DNA of 63,995 nucleotides, counting the filler, from Alloascoidea hylecoeti (lineage: Eukaryota): NCBI GenBank assembly GCA_001600815.1. It is 5 parts of 5 records of this genome, joined end to end, with 100 filler letters (N's around TTAATTAATTAA, not from the genome) between each part and the next. Parts side by side here need not be neighbours in the genome. Positions count along the whole stretch, not along the records: positions 1 to 29,587 come from BCKZ01000030.1; positions 29,688 to 53,003 come from BCKZ01000031.1; 3 more parts are not named here. The stretch is one strand, 5' to 3'. Within the stretch, counting starts at the first letter, position 1. The number at the start of each line of letters is the position of its first letter. The notes under the pieces are model-generated. The model had not been told where the DNA came from and ran no database searches. It worked only from the letters and a program-made list of their open reading frames with translations. Shown here one piece after another: positions 26,201-38,384 of the stretch. A program made the translations under genes and the position numbers.

Positions 26201-26595
26201 TAGATTTTGCCTGCCACGACAACGTACACATGTGCTTTAAATTTGGAGTCTGTGTCGGTCAGTGGGAAACGAAGTGAACAAAGCGGATCTGGCGATAGAG
26301 AAAGTTACCTGCTCTGCGATTGCGAAGGAGTGTTGCCCTTCAGAGCAGTTGACAAGGGGTCATAAGGCCTTATGGCTTTTTGGCGCAGTTGGGAATACGA
26401 CACATGCTAATCTTGTGAAATTTTATCGATACTTCTATTAATATTATTCGACTCGCCTATATCATTCAACTCTCCAAGACATTCCCCTACAAACCGGATA
26501 ATTTTATCTATTGCGCTATTAGTGACACTGGTGACAATAACCCTTTAAAGAAATCATCAGACCAAATACTTACCACGGCTACAACTTCGTCTTCA

Positions 26596-27615
26596 ATGGA
26601 ATTCCCAGATATTAAGCAATGGCTTCTTCCTGAATCCAAAATAATTGATTCTGAATATAACAACGAGATGATATTTGAAGATGATAATCATTATAATGAG
26701 GTTAAACCTAATATTGACATAAACAATCGCAAGAATGATGCTATTAATATGGACACAAACGAGAATGATAATAATAATATGAAACATAATCAAAATACCC
26801 CTATTTATAATAATGATCCACTTGATGATGCAGACCTTAACTTCTTAAACGGTAAATTATATATTTTGAAAGCTATTGTTAATCGTCAATATCGTATATC
26901 TAAAATGAAGTATGTCCTGAGCGCTTTAAACTTAAAATCGGGAAAGGAAAAAATATTGTACCGTCTACCTTTTGAATTTACGGAAACTCGTTTGCTAAAA
27001 GAAACAAGAGACTTTAGTCCATATGATATATCGGTTCCAAGCTCTAATGTTGATGTAAATTATGTGAACCAATATCAAGATATGGATGAAAAAACAAATA
27101 ATAATTCAAGGAATCCTGATACTGATAAATTGGAAACAGTTAAAAAACTTACCAACAGGAAGATCCAAAATAGTGAAACTATAACTATGGATAATGAAGT
27201 TACTATAGATAGTCAAAATGTTGATTATTATATTAGTTGCACCCTTGTAAATGGAACCTTCAAATATACTTGTTGCTGCTGTGAAAAAATTTATGCTAAA
27301 AGAAATAGCTTAGTGGGTCACATTAATGCTGAACATTTTGGACTGAAGCCATATGCATGTTCATGGTCAAAGTGTGGAAAGTTATTTGGTACTTTAAAAG
27401 GCTATTCCCGACACATTGATACTGTTCATAAGGATATTTATAAATTTATCTGTAATTTTGAATTTGAGGGAAAGCATTATGGATGCACGAAGACATTCAG
27501 TAGAAATGATCATCTGTTAGCTCATATTAGACGTGAAAGGAATCTTATACGTGGCTGTTATCCACGAGAGGTGATGCCAGAACTATACAGAAAGTATTTG
27601 GTGAAGGACTTATAA
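26596..27615 (+). CDS. C2H2 zinc finger protein, Crz1-like three-finger array
   Basis: Three C-terminal fingers. The third (FICNFEFEGKHYGCTKTFSRNDHL) has the long Cys-Cys loop typical of Crz1. Confidence 0.8.
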   Translation: MEFPDIKQWLLPESKIIDSEYNNEMIFEDDNHYNEVKPNIDINNRKNDAINMDTNENDNNNMKHNQNTPIYNNDPLDDADLNFLNGKLYILKAIVNRQYRISKMKYVLSALNLKSGKEKILYRLPFEFTETRLLKETRDFSPYDISVPSSNVDVNYVNQYQDMDEKTNNNSRNPDTDKLETVKKLTNRKIQNSETITMDNEVTIDSQNVDYYISCTLVNGTFKYTCCCCEKIYAKRNSLVGHINAEHFGLKPYACSWSKCGKLFGTLKGYSRHIDTVHKDIYKFICNFEFEGKHYGCTKTFSRNDHLLAHIRRERNLIRGCYPREVMPELYRKYLVKDL

Positions 27616-28099
27616 AACTTTCAATTAAAAATTACAACGAATATGCACTTGTTTAGGAGAGAAATTTATTTCAAATATTATATTTGACAGACATTTATAA
27701 ATGTATATCAGCTGCAAAGAAAGGTCATAATTTCCCATAGAAGAGAATTACTCGTTATAAGATTCATAACTAGTATTAGTACTATAGATCTCACTATAAA
27801 ATACTACAAAGTTTCGCAACAGATATGGCGGTGATAATAATGGTCTATTGTAACAAATGTTTAATTTTCCTACTCAGTGTTTACTTAAGCTGAAAAAATA
27901 CTATCTACACTCAACAAAATGAAATAAATGAGGTTTAAAATTAAATAGTTTTATAGCTGAAACCGAAGAACTTAAAAAAAAACATATATATGTTCGGCAT
28001 TATAGAGTAAGACTTCAAAGTTATGTGCATATGACTTATTAGTTAAAAATAAACTAAGGATACATATTTTATTGTTAATGGTGGCTGTATTATAATATT

Positions 28100-28612
28100 C
28101 TAATTTTTTAAAAGCTTTTCAGATGGGTCAGAATACATATCATGATTATCTGGATATGTATCACTGACTTGTCGATAATCTGATCCTCTTAAACTCTCTT
28201 CATCAATAATATTTTCCTCCTTGATATCTCTAACATGACCAAAAGTTCTTCCAAATGATATTGAAACTGAACCAATATATATAATGAATAGAAAAAATAA
28301 GAAAGTTGCACATGCCTTGTTCATTCTACAAAGATTTACTTCTTTTGAGCATTCTTCAGGATTATGACGACTCAAACCAATACCTACAATTAATGTAAAG
28401 AACAAGCTCAGTAAATCAGTTATTAGAACTGATCTTGATTCCATTCTTTTAAAAAGATATAACATTCCAAATATAGACCCAAAGAGTATAGAAAATGTTG
28501 AAGCAAGTATTGCAAAATAAATTTTTGAAGATTTAATTGCTGGATTTGAAATAGATGCTATAGATAAAGCAAAGGCTGCATTTCCAAAATCAATGCGATT
28601 ATCTTTAGTATT
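28100..28612 (-). CDS. Small multi-pass membrane protein (MARVEL-like), 5' end unresolved or disrupted
   Basis: The frame stays open about 49 codons upstream of ATG 28465, with further hydrophobic helices; C..KACATFLFF motif. Confidence 0.5.
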   Translation of the reverse strand, partial: NTKDNRIDFGNAAFALSIASISNPAIKSSKIYFAILASTFSILFGSIFGMLYLFKRMESRSVLITDLLSLFFTLIVGIGLSRHNPEECSKEVNLCRMNKACATFLFFLFIIYIGSVSISFGRTFGHVRDIKEENIIDEESLRGSDYRQVSDTYPDNHDMYSDPSEKLLKN

Positions 28613-28728
28613 AAATCAGATGTAAGAATATTATGGTAACCTATTTGAATGGTGGTTGTGAAAAAGGCATTTTTTTAAGTTGCTGTTGGATTGTATGAAA
28701 TGGTTTCGAATACAGTCTCCACCTATTA

Positions 28729-28822
28729 ATAGTGCTATTTTTGAAAGTAATCAACAATATATTCGGGAGTTAATTAGCGTTATTTCCGTAAATTAATTAG
28801 CGTTCGCTTTGGAAATTAATTA
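28729..28822 (+). repeat. Family B terminal-repeat fragment
   Basis: Near-identical to 26056-26125; 28792-28820 also matches the reverse complement of 1411-1438. Confidence 0.75.
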
Positions 28823-28824
28823 TG

Positions 28825-29587
28825 ACTTTACTGTTCCCCATTAATAAGAATTTGGCATCCAAAGATTTTACAGACCTTTTGCTCATCCTTATATTTTTCC
28901 AAACACGGTATACCTCGCTCCATCACCAGTGACAGAGGCTCACGATGTACCGCTCATCAAAGCAATGGTAGAGTTGAACGTACCATTCTTTCAACTCAGA
29001 AGTATCTTCGCCTCTACATTGATAATAATAAAGATTGGATAAAATTAGTCCCATTTGCTGAACACGTCCTCAATGCAACACCAAAATTAAGTTTAAGAGG
29101 ACAATTATCTATTGAAGTAGACATAAATCCCGTCATCAAAGGTTCTGAAGGGAAGGCGAGAGAAGCGGACGAGATTATGGAATATTTCGTTAGATATCAG
29201 ATGGCAGCAAAATATAAAGACGGTTCAACTAAAATGGAACTACAAGAAATTATAGATCACAGAAAAGTTGCAAAAGGTTTCCTCATGAAATTGAAATTCA
29301 TGGATAATTCAATTAGATGGATACGACTAAATNAGTTAAGAAAATCAGCTCCAGAGATGGTAAAAGATTATGAAACTAAATCTTCTGAAATAAGATTAGT
29401 TTCTTCAAAAAAAGGGAGGTGAATTATAGGTGAAGTTCGCCAAAACTTGCTTTAACATAAATAGCTACGCATTAAATAGTNACATAATTAATTAGCTATT
29501 AAAATTATATCCTTTAAAAACACTAACTATGAAACTATATTGCACATATCACTAATTTGTTATTTATATTATAATCCAAAATAAAAA
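28825..29587 (+). mobile_element. Ty3/gypsy remnant: deleted integrase, chromodomain-like tail, PPT, start of 3' LTR
   Basis: KHGIPRSITSDRGS, DWIKLVPFAEHVLNATP, EIIDHRK...APEMVKDYE. PPT AAAAAAAGGGAGG at 29407-29419, then TG at 29420. Confidence 0.8.
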
Positions 29588-29687
29588 NNNNNNNNNNNNN
29601 NNNNNNNNNNNNNNNNNNNNNNNNNNNNNNNTTAATTAATTAANNNNNNNNNNNNNNNNNNNNNNNNNNNNNNNNNNNNNNNNNNNN
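29588..29687. other. Artificial assembly linker (N44-TTAATTAATTAA-N44); same at 53004-53103, 60530-60629, 62850-62949
   Basis: Identical 100-nt spacer with stops in all six frames at four sites. Plain 100-N gaps at 31125-31224 and 57987-58086. Confidence 0.95.
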
Positions 29688-31900
29688 ACAACAGATGAAG
29701 CAACAGAAACAGTAGTAACTCCTGTAGTGACAGCAGTGAAAACTCCTGAAGATGATGGAACAGCTGAGAATGAATGTGTTTCGCTTACAGCAGCAACAGA
29801 TGATGGAATACCATTAGTAGAAGAGAGCTCGACGCTGGAACTAACAGCAGTTGGACAATATTCAGCATCAGAAGCACAAGAAGTGACACCCACAACAACA
29901 GTTTGGGAAGCAGGAACACCAGTAGTTTTAATGATTTTTGTACCCTCAGAAGTGGCAGTATATACAGACAAAGAAGTATAACCAAATACTGCACTAGTCT
30001 TAATTACTGTAACACCAGAAGTTGGGATGTAAGAGGAAACAACAACTGTAGAAGCATAAACAGAAGATGGAATTGACTCGATGGCAGAGGATGTTATTTC
30101 AACTGGTGTTGTTTGAGATACAGCTTCAACGGAAGATGGAGTATACTCCCCATTAGACGTTTCTGGAACACTAGATGACTTAACTGGGCAATTGGTAACT
30201 TCAGGAGCACAAGAAGTAATCGTAACAATAACAGTACTCTCTTGAGGAACAGAAGAAGTAACAATAATTTCGGAGCCAGAAGAAGTGGAAACAAATGAAG
30301 TTAAACTGGCATACGAAGAAACAGAAGGAGATTCGATAACAGTGACACCCGAGGAAATTTCATAGGAAACTGCCGTAGAATGAACAACTGGAACACTTGT
30401 AACGATAGTATAAGCAGAATTTCCTGACGATGTGATGAAAGTTCTTAAAGTAGATGGCTTAATACTTGAAGCTAAAGGAGTTGTCTGGTATGAAGCATCG
30501 AGGGAGGATTCTTTAGGAATAGAAACTGAAGCAGACTCTGATGAACTAGCTGGGCAATCCGTAACCTCCGGAGCGCATGAAGTTATTGTGATAATGACAG
30601 TACTCTCATCAGCACCTGAAGAAGCGACGGTAATTTCAGTTCCGGCAGACGTAGTAACATAAGATGAAAAGAAACGTGAAGTGGACACTGTTTGAGATTC
30701 AATAACAGTAACACCAGATGAAAGTTCATAAGAAGAAACTACTGAACAATCTCCACCAGGTTGATGATTTTTGTTTATTTCCGTAGTAGAAGGATAATTA
30801 CTAGAAAAGGCAACGGTTCCCTCTGGGAAAGAGCCTGTAACTTCAGGAGTAGATCCACCTTCAAAAGAATTAGTAGCTACTGGGAAAGAACCAGACGTAG
30901 AAAATGTACCAATTGAATATGAACCTGTACCCTCTGAGAATAATTCAGTTTCGTAAGAACCAATAGATAATTCGGCTGAAACAGTGGCACCAGAACCGCT
31001 TTCACAGTCATTGCCTACACATTCGAAACCACCTGTAACTTGAGCACCTTTAGTAGAATAAGTTCCCCATCCTTCGTATCCAGTCTTACTTTCGTCACAG
31101 TCTTCTGTGGCACCAAATCCAAAANNNNNNNNNNNNNNNNNNNNNNNNNNNNNNNNNNNNNNNNNNNNNNNNNNNNNNNNNNNNNNNNNNNNNNNNNNNN
31201 NNNNNNNNNNNNNNNNNNNNNNNNCACCTGTAACTTGAGCACCTTTAGTAGAATAAGTTCCCCATCCTTCGTATCCAGTCTTACTTTCGTCACAGTCTTC
31301 TGTGGCACCAAATCCAAAAGATAAATCACCAGAAACAGTAGCACCTGTAACTTGAGCACCTTTAGTAGAATAAGTTCCCCATCCTTCGTATCCAGTCTTA
31401 CCTTCGTCACCGTCTTCTGTAGCACCAAATCCAAAAGATGAATCACCAGAAACAGTAGCACCAGAACCGCTTTCACAGTCATTTCCTACACATTCGAAAC
31501 CACCTGTTACTTGGGCAACGTTAGTGGAATATGTACCATATTCAACAGCACCTGTTTCTTGGGCAGAATATGAAGCACCAAAACCATAGCTTTGATACCA
31601 GTCACAGGAAGTAAGAAGCTCATAAGTATTAATTGTACTAAAACAATCGCTACCGTAACAATTATCAAGAACAGTGGTACCACCACAATTTGAACCGTCA
31701 CAAGCAGAAGTCGTTTGGTAAACAGAAGTTGTAGCCAAGGTGGCTGTCGTTTCAGTAGCTGGACAGTTAGTGACATCTGCAGCACAAGATGTTATGGTCG
31801 CAACAACTGTAACTGTTGCAATATTAGTCTGGACCACTGTTACAGCAGCATTGGCCAAACCTGCGGCTGCAAAAGCCGAGGCCAAGGGGGTAAATTTCAT
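29688..31900 (-). CDS. Secreted Ser/Thr-rich cell-wall/adhesin-like protein, 3' end truncated by gap
   Basis: Signal peptide MKFTPLASAFAAAGLANA, four (I/V)TSCAxxxxxCP flocculin-type repeats, internal tandem repeats. Confidence 0.8.
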
Positions 31901-34900
31901 AATGAATGTATAATATAGATTAAGCGATTGTAGTTATTAGGGTATTAATTCTACCCAATAGAGTTTAATGGAAGGAAAGCTAACAATAAGGTCTTTGAAT
32001 CCCTTTATATATCCAAATGTATGTAATTGCCACTCTTCTATTTGTCTCTTTATTATTTCACTCTTCCAGATAGGAAATCACTGAATCTATTCATTGATTG
32101 GCTTTTGTGTTATAGAATATACCTTAGGCGTTGAAATTATGATGTAGTTTTGCCTGATCCGAACCACAACTATGCATAAATGTTTGACATTTGACGTGGT
32201 ATAAAGATTTAAGAGGCCTCCCGCCTTAAAAAAGTTATATATGTTAATATAATATATGCTATGATTATTAACATTAATATTTGATATAAAATTCAAATCC
32301 TCTTAACCAATTAGACACTAATGGTATATTTATGCTTCTTAACGTATAAGAATGTTTCAGGATTCAGCAGTGCCCAGTTAATCTATTAATAATATAAGTA
32401 TGTATATTCTGTCAAAATTCTTAAAATGAAGTGAATAAGCTTATACGTACCAAATATTATTACATGACATTAGTATTGTCAATTTGTCATAGTGCTATAT
32501 TTAGGCACATTTTAGCTTCGAATTCTAAGCTGATTATGTCAACGTTGTTTAACCGGAGAAGCAATGGATCAATAGGCCTATATCTTCGTGTGTACCTATA
32601 GTAATTGGCGGTGATGCTAATGTCTCATAATGAATGAACCCAGAATATATAGTATTAATACATGTATATTGATATAGCTTTTTTTTAACCAAAAGAGGCG
32701 TTGAAGATTTAGCCTGGTTACCATGATCTTTTATCCTCAAAATGGTTAGAGAACTTAGAGTGAAGATGATTAGTGAGACAAACATGTATGTTCTCTCGCA
32801 AAATGAATGTAGCACTTTAAATTTGGAAAATCAAAAACAAGAATTATAATATAGTTATAAGTGTGAAATATTCAATGAATAGTTAACTGATCAAAGCTTA
32901 ATATAAACTTATATATGCTTTACAAAAAAAAAACTCCTTCAAACCCACATTTTCAAGTAGGAAGAGGAGTTTTCAAGTGCTGAAAGTGTATATTCTAGAA
33001 TAAGTTTCCTACTTATCATGTGAAGTTAATTGCCGATCATGGCACGCATGGACTATGGCCTATTCATCTTATAAGCTTATAGCTAGAAAATTAAAGTATC
33101 TTATAACGAATAATAATATAAGACACCTTATAACTTATAGACTTAAACTAACAACAATATATGCTTACTTTTTATTTACTGACACTTAAATTCATTTTTA
33201 ACGTTGGAAAAATCTATAATATATTAACTTGAATGTTTATAGCTATAGTTAAACCTAACGCGTGCGTTTTTGATTTACTAACGTTCGATATATGAAAAAT
33301 CTTAACTACATCTATTATAAAACCAATAATTATATGCATTTTTATTGCCCAAGTTTATATATGTTATAGATCTAGATGCCACTTGTGGTACAGCATGTCT
33401 GTATTGCAATATTAATTAGTGGGTCAATAGTAAACTCAACTAGTCTGAATTAACTCAATTAGTTTTGACTGAATTCAAATCAATATCTTATAAGCTTGAT
33501 ACTTGAAAATATTCATGTTATGAAACATCTATCATTTCTATCAATTATAAATAACTTAGCGCAGGTACGTATTGTTTTAACTATAACCTAAACTTTAACT
33601 CCTGGCCTATATGATATAGTTATACTATAAAAAGCCTACATCACTCTAACACTATATTTTACATATATCTAAATTTATAAAATCTGTATAGGCCTATAAC
33701 CTTATAATTAATTACCTTATGCTATATGGATCATGTTACATTATACCCGGTATACTATATAGCCTATAGCTAGGCCTATAGTAATATTTATTTTTCGATT
33801 TTATAATATCCGGAATATTTGATTGATTGTAAGCTTATGTATTAGTTGAAACTATTGCACACTACTAAATAGTAAAGTCACTATTCAGTCGTACTCATCA
33901 TATTCAATTTCAAGCGCTATATTGTAATTTTGATTGTCGAACTCTAAATATTATTCAGAATCTGGATGGAAGATGGTACATGTTATACACGATTATAAAA
34001 TAGTAACAGTACTGGCAATGCTACTTAACATCGGCCACATGGTTCGTTGCTGATTTCGTAATTCGTGATTGCAACAGAACGATGTTGTGGTATCTGAGTA
34101 GTGCATACACCGTCTATATATGGGATAGCTATATAATAAGTATCATGCTACAGTTACGCGTACGCTATGATTATTGCTGAAGGTATTCTATAGTGCTATT
34201 TGAAATTGCATATAGATTTCCTCAGTAATGTGATTGCTGTTTAATGGATTGCTAATGAACTCATGATCACAACTACTTTTTATGATTTCTGTAAGTATTC
34301 CTTAATTTCCTTCCTTGTTTTATATTTATAAATACTGGTAGAGAGTCTAGAGAATATTTCGAATATCATAAGTTGCATAGTACCGACCGAAACAAGGGAT
34401 ACGAATCTAAAAAAATTAATTGTTAAATTCAACTACGAGTTTCTAATTAAACCAATTGTAATAAAAGATATAAATTAAATTAAATACTACTCATACCAAT
34501 AAAGTCTGTTGAATCTCTTAATTCTGATAAAGTTTTTCAATCTTTTGTAAATTCTGTCAGGAATGAGATTTCTTCTCCGATTTAGAATATGCAGCTCACC
34601 ATTATAATTTATAATATAATAATAAACAATTGCAATTATATATGGACCACAGTAAATATCCCTGGTTACTTCAAATGCAATGACGTTCCTCGGTTAGCTA
34701 TATTTAGATCACAATACCAGTGAAACAATTGATGGTAATGAATCAAAAACATATACATGTATATGCTTAAGAAATGTAATTATAATATATTAAACTGATC
34801 AATAATGATAAAAATCAATTATAATATCGTAGCTGTAGTTTGAAAAACTAGTGGGAATCGCCTTAAATGACATTTTATATAATCAGTTGGCTAGCTATAT

Positions 34901-35159
34901 CAGCCTACATGTAGTCTATATGATTAATTGGGTTGTAGCGCTTCTTTGATTTACTGTTATATTCATATATGACCGTGGTATAACCTTATAACTTAAACAA
35001 ATAATTACCTGGATAAATATATTATACCTGCGCAGTGAGTACAGTGCTATATAAATTTATACACCATCACCACTTGTAGATAGCTGCTTAAGCTCAATGG
35101 GGAATACACAAGAAGAATTTCAAATAAAGATGAATTGGAGGCTTTCATCGGAAACTAAA

Positions 35160-35580
35160 CTTTTGGAGACCGGAATGGCTGAAAACAAATAATATACATG
35201 GATAATTCTCGAGAAGCAAAACACAATTGCAAACTTTTCAATTTCTTGACTTGAACACCCGGATCTCTTTCAAAATAAAATTACTCAATGTAATAGAGAA
35301 AGGATAGGAGAGGAAAGACCAATTTTTTCAAAGAAAATCCGGCAGTTAGCGATGTAGAGGTTAGAGGAAAACTTCTATAATTAGAAATGAATACGATCAA
35401 AAACCGGGTGAAAAAGAAGAAGATACCACCAACTTTGAATTGAGAACAAAAGAACTTGTAAAAGAATGTCGGGAAAATCTATTAGTATAGGTAGTTTATA
35501 TATAAAGAATATCTAGTTCATTCATATTTATTGATGTTGGTGGTTGCTTTAGTAAATACTTCAGCTTGTTTTTGAGTGAT
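35160..35580 (+). pseudogene. Second diverged copy of the 2310-2824 dispersed family
   Basis: Collinear matches to the reverse complement of 2310-2710; multiple stops. Confidence 0.55.
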
Positions 35581-38384
35581 ACTACATGAACGTGCGAAAA
35601 CCTTGGATCATGCGAAAATATGGGGACTACTCTCGAGCTCCTATCTAATCTGTAACCGGTTATTGATATCAATAATGGAATTAAACAGTATTTATATATG
35701 CTTTATCTAACTAGTACTAATACTGTAAAATAATAGTGATGGCTTTTCTAATTAACTACAGGGTCAATATTGCTTCCAAGTTTAAACTATCCTAATTAGG
35801 CTACATATCTGGCAATTATATAGAGTATTAATTTATTATATTCATAGTGAATCCCGAGAACTAGGGATCTAGAATGTTATTACATGTACATATAAGTTTA
35901 AACCGGTCGTGTTCTAGGTGAGATATAGCCTCCATATAATTATCATATTGTAATTACAGTATACTGGACAATAATAAATTTGAGATGCTAATGTCCTAGA
36001 ATTGATACAAAATAAACTGAGAACTGATTCATCATGAGTTGAAGAAGATGATAATGAACAAATTAAAAATAGTCAATTCGGACAAATTAGGTATAATGAA
36101 TAATTGATTTCGAATATGATTTGTCCACTAATAGCCCCAACAACAACAATTTTCACAATTTAACAAAAGAAAAAAAAAAGACTTTATATTATCAATATAA
36201 AACTTAAATATCTTTAAGGAGATAGAGAGAAAATCTACTTTGTTTTTATAGATTTTAGAAGTCTTTGGTAAAAAACTAAACTAACATAGAATTCATAAGA
36301 TAGTGTGCTTTATTTCGTTGAAACTCTCTTCTACTACTAATCAGTGAAGAGAACTGTTGCAATTCCTACCAACATAAACTTTATGACTTAAAATGAATGA
36401 GGAAGTACTAACATCATAAGAAATAAGCAGCTTAAGAAGTTTAAAACTCCCTGATTTCAATTTAAACTCTGGTTTTATTTAACTGCAGGTGTATTTCTTT
36501 GTAGCTATATCTTAACTCGAAGTTAATACGTATGAAGGCTCATTTTCGCTCTAGTCCCTGTGAAAAAGGGTTGCAGATCAAAGTATTATCATTTGTAATT
36601 ATTATTATTAATAGATTTTATAATAATCTGAGCAAAATAGAGAAAAGAGCCTCTTAACCTTTCTTCTTCAGTTTTAGAATGTTAATAATGATTACCAACT
36701 GTAGCTGATTTTTGAAACTTTAACTGAAATACATCTGTAAATCACGTACTATGGGTATAACTTATATACTGCATCGCCAGTGAAAATGAACAACTTTGAT
36801 TCCAGCGATATTTTGTTCCAGGAGTATGCTACTATGCATATAGGCGGATTCGGAAGTATTTCAGTTGCATATATGCATATAAATTCCCTAATTAGTAATT
36901 TCCCTCGATATATTGATTTTCCGGATATCCCTGTAGTCTACGAGTCATCCTATATATAATGTAATTTATAGTTAAAGTAAAAAAAATGGTTTGTATTTGG
37001 ATTCACTGGGAATTCCAGTGGTAATACTAAATAATCGTAACGCACTAAGGACAAAACGATAACTATTGCAATCCTATAGCTAAAGTAACACAATATAAAC
37101 TCTGGATTGATCTTCAAAGAATGAGGATTCTTTCTATTTATTATATGTGATCGATAGCATAGACTAAGAAATACTTAGATGCTCAAAGCATCAAGGCCTA
37201 CAAAGTTAAGAAATAGGGACGAAAAATTTGACGGAACGCAGACATTAATTTGAAACGACAAGATTTATACTTGCTAATTATCTACTTTCTATTATACAAA
37301 TGAAGTGATTTTGGAATTGTGGTGACATTTTGTGTGAGGTTTTTTTTTCTGATTACCCTAAAAGTTGTTCATTTTCAATGACAGGAATTCACGAACCATA
37401 CTACAATATTTATCAACTTTAATTATAATAGAAGAATAAACTCAGTGTTAAAGCTTAAGATATTATATGATTACGCTCTCAAGCTTTATTGTTGTCTTTG
37501 CCATAAATTATGAGGATCACATATACGAGACATATTGCTCATGAATGAATTAGGATGTTCATATAAAGAAACATAGATTTTAATAGCTATTTATAAGCTT
37601 TTTTGTGTCGCTTCAATCTAATACAACTGATGATCATGAAACCCAGGCCTTTATATATAAGGTGTATATTGTGAAAAGTTGTTACCTGGAAATTCTCTCA
37701 CAATGAAAGTATCTAATAAAAGGCTCTTTGATAATAGTTTATAATACACATGTATGATGCCCGCATTTAAATATGTATTAAAGCAATTAGCTAAAGTGTT
37801 GTTGTTAGTGAGGAAACCTTGTTTTTATGACTTGATTTTATGGTGGATATTATATATCATATAAAAGACAATTGACTGATTATAATAATGAAAACCACCA
37901 ATAGCACAATTGTCCTTATAAGTTTATATAACTTACAGCTAGATTAAATAAAAAATTGAAAGTGTATTGAAACAGAAAAAACAAAATCAGGAACAAGAAA
38001 ATAAATCATCACTAAATAGTAAACTTGCAGGGCTGGTTACATTATTTGAAAATGTAACATAATAATATAATTATAGTAGAAATACAACAATGATATAAAT
38101 AAGCTGAACAAACAAAAAAAGCAAATGAGCACCTCTGTTTATAAATAAAAATATAACCCAGTTAATTAAGACAGATATAATGAAATCAAAAAAGACGAGT
38201 GCTACTGTCTCATTTTTCTGTTCCCCCTTTCTTTCAACTAAATATTTAACTACACTTTTAAAAGTAAAATTCCGTAGATATTTCGATTTGTTATAAAGAT
38301 ATAAAGACATCAAGTCTAGGTAAAATCTGTTTTCAACACCTTCATGTTCCAGTTCCTAGTTGAATTGGTTAAACATTGTAATGT

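Noticed and set aside
29632..29643. TTAATTAATTAA palindromes
   Set aside because: Centred in fixed-length N runs at four sites; artificial linker.
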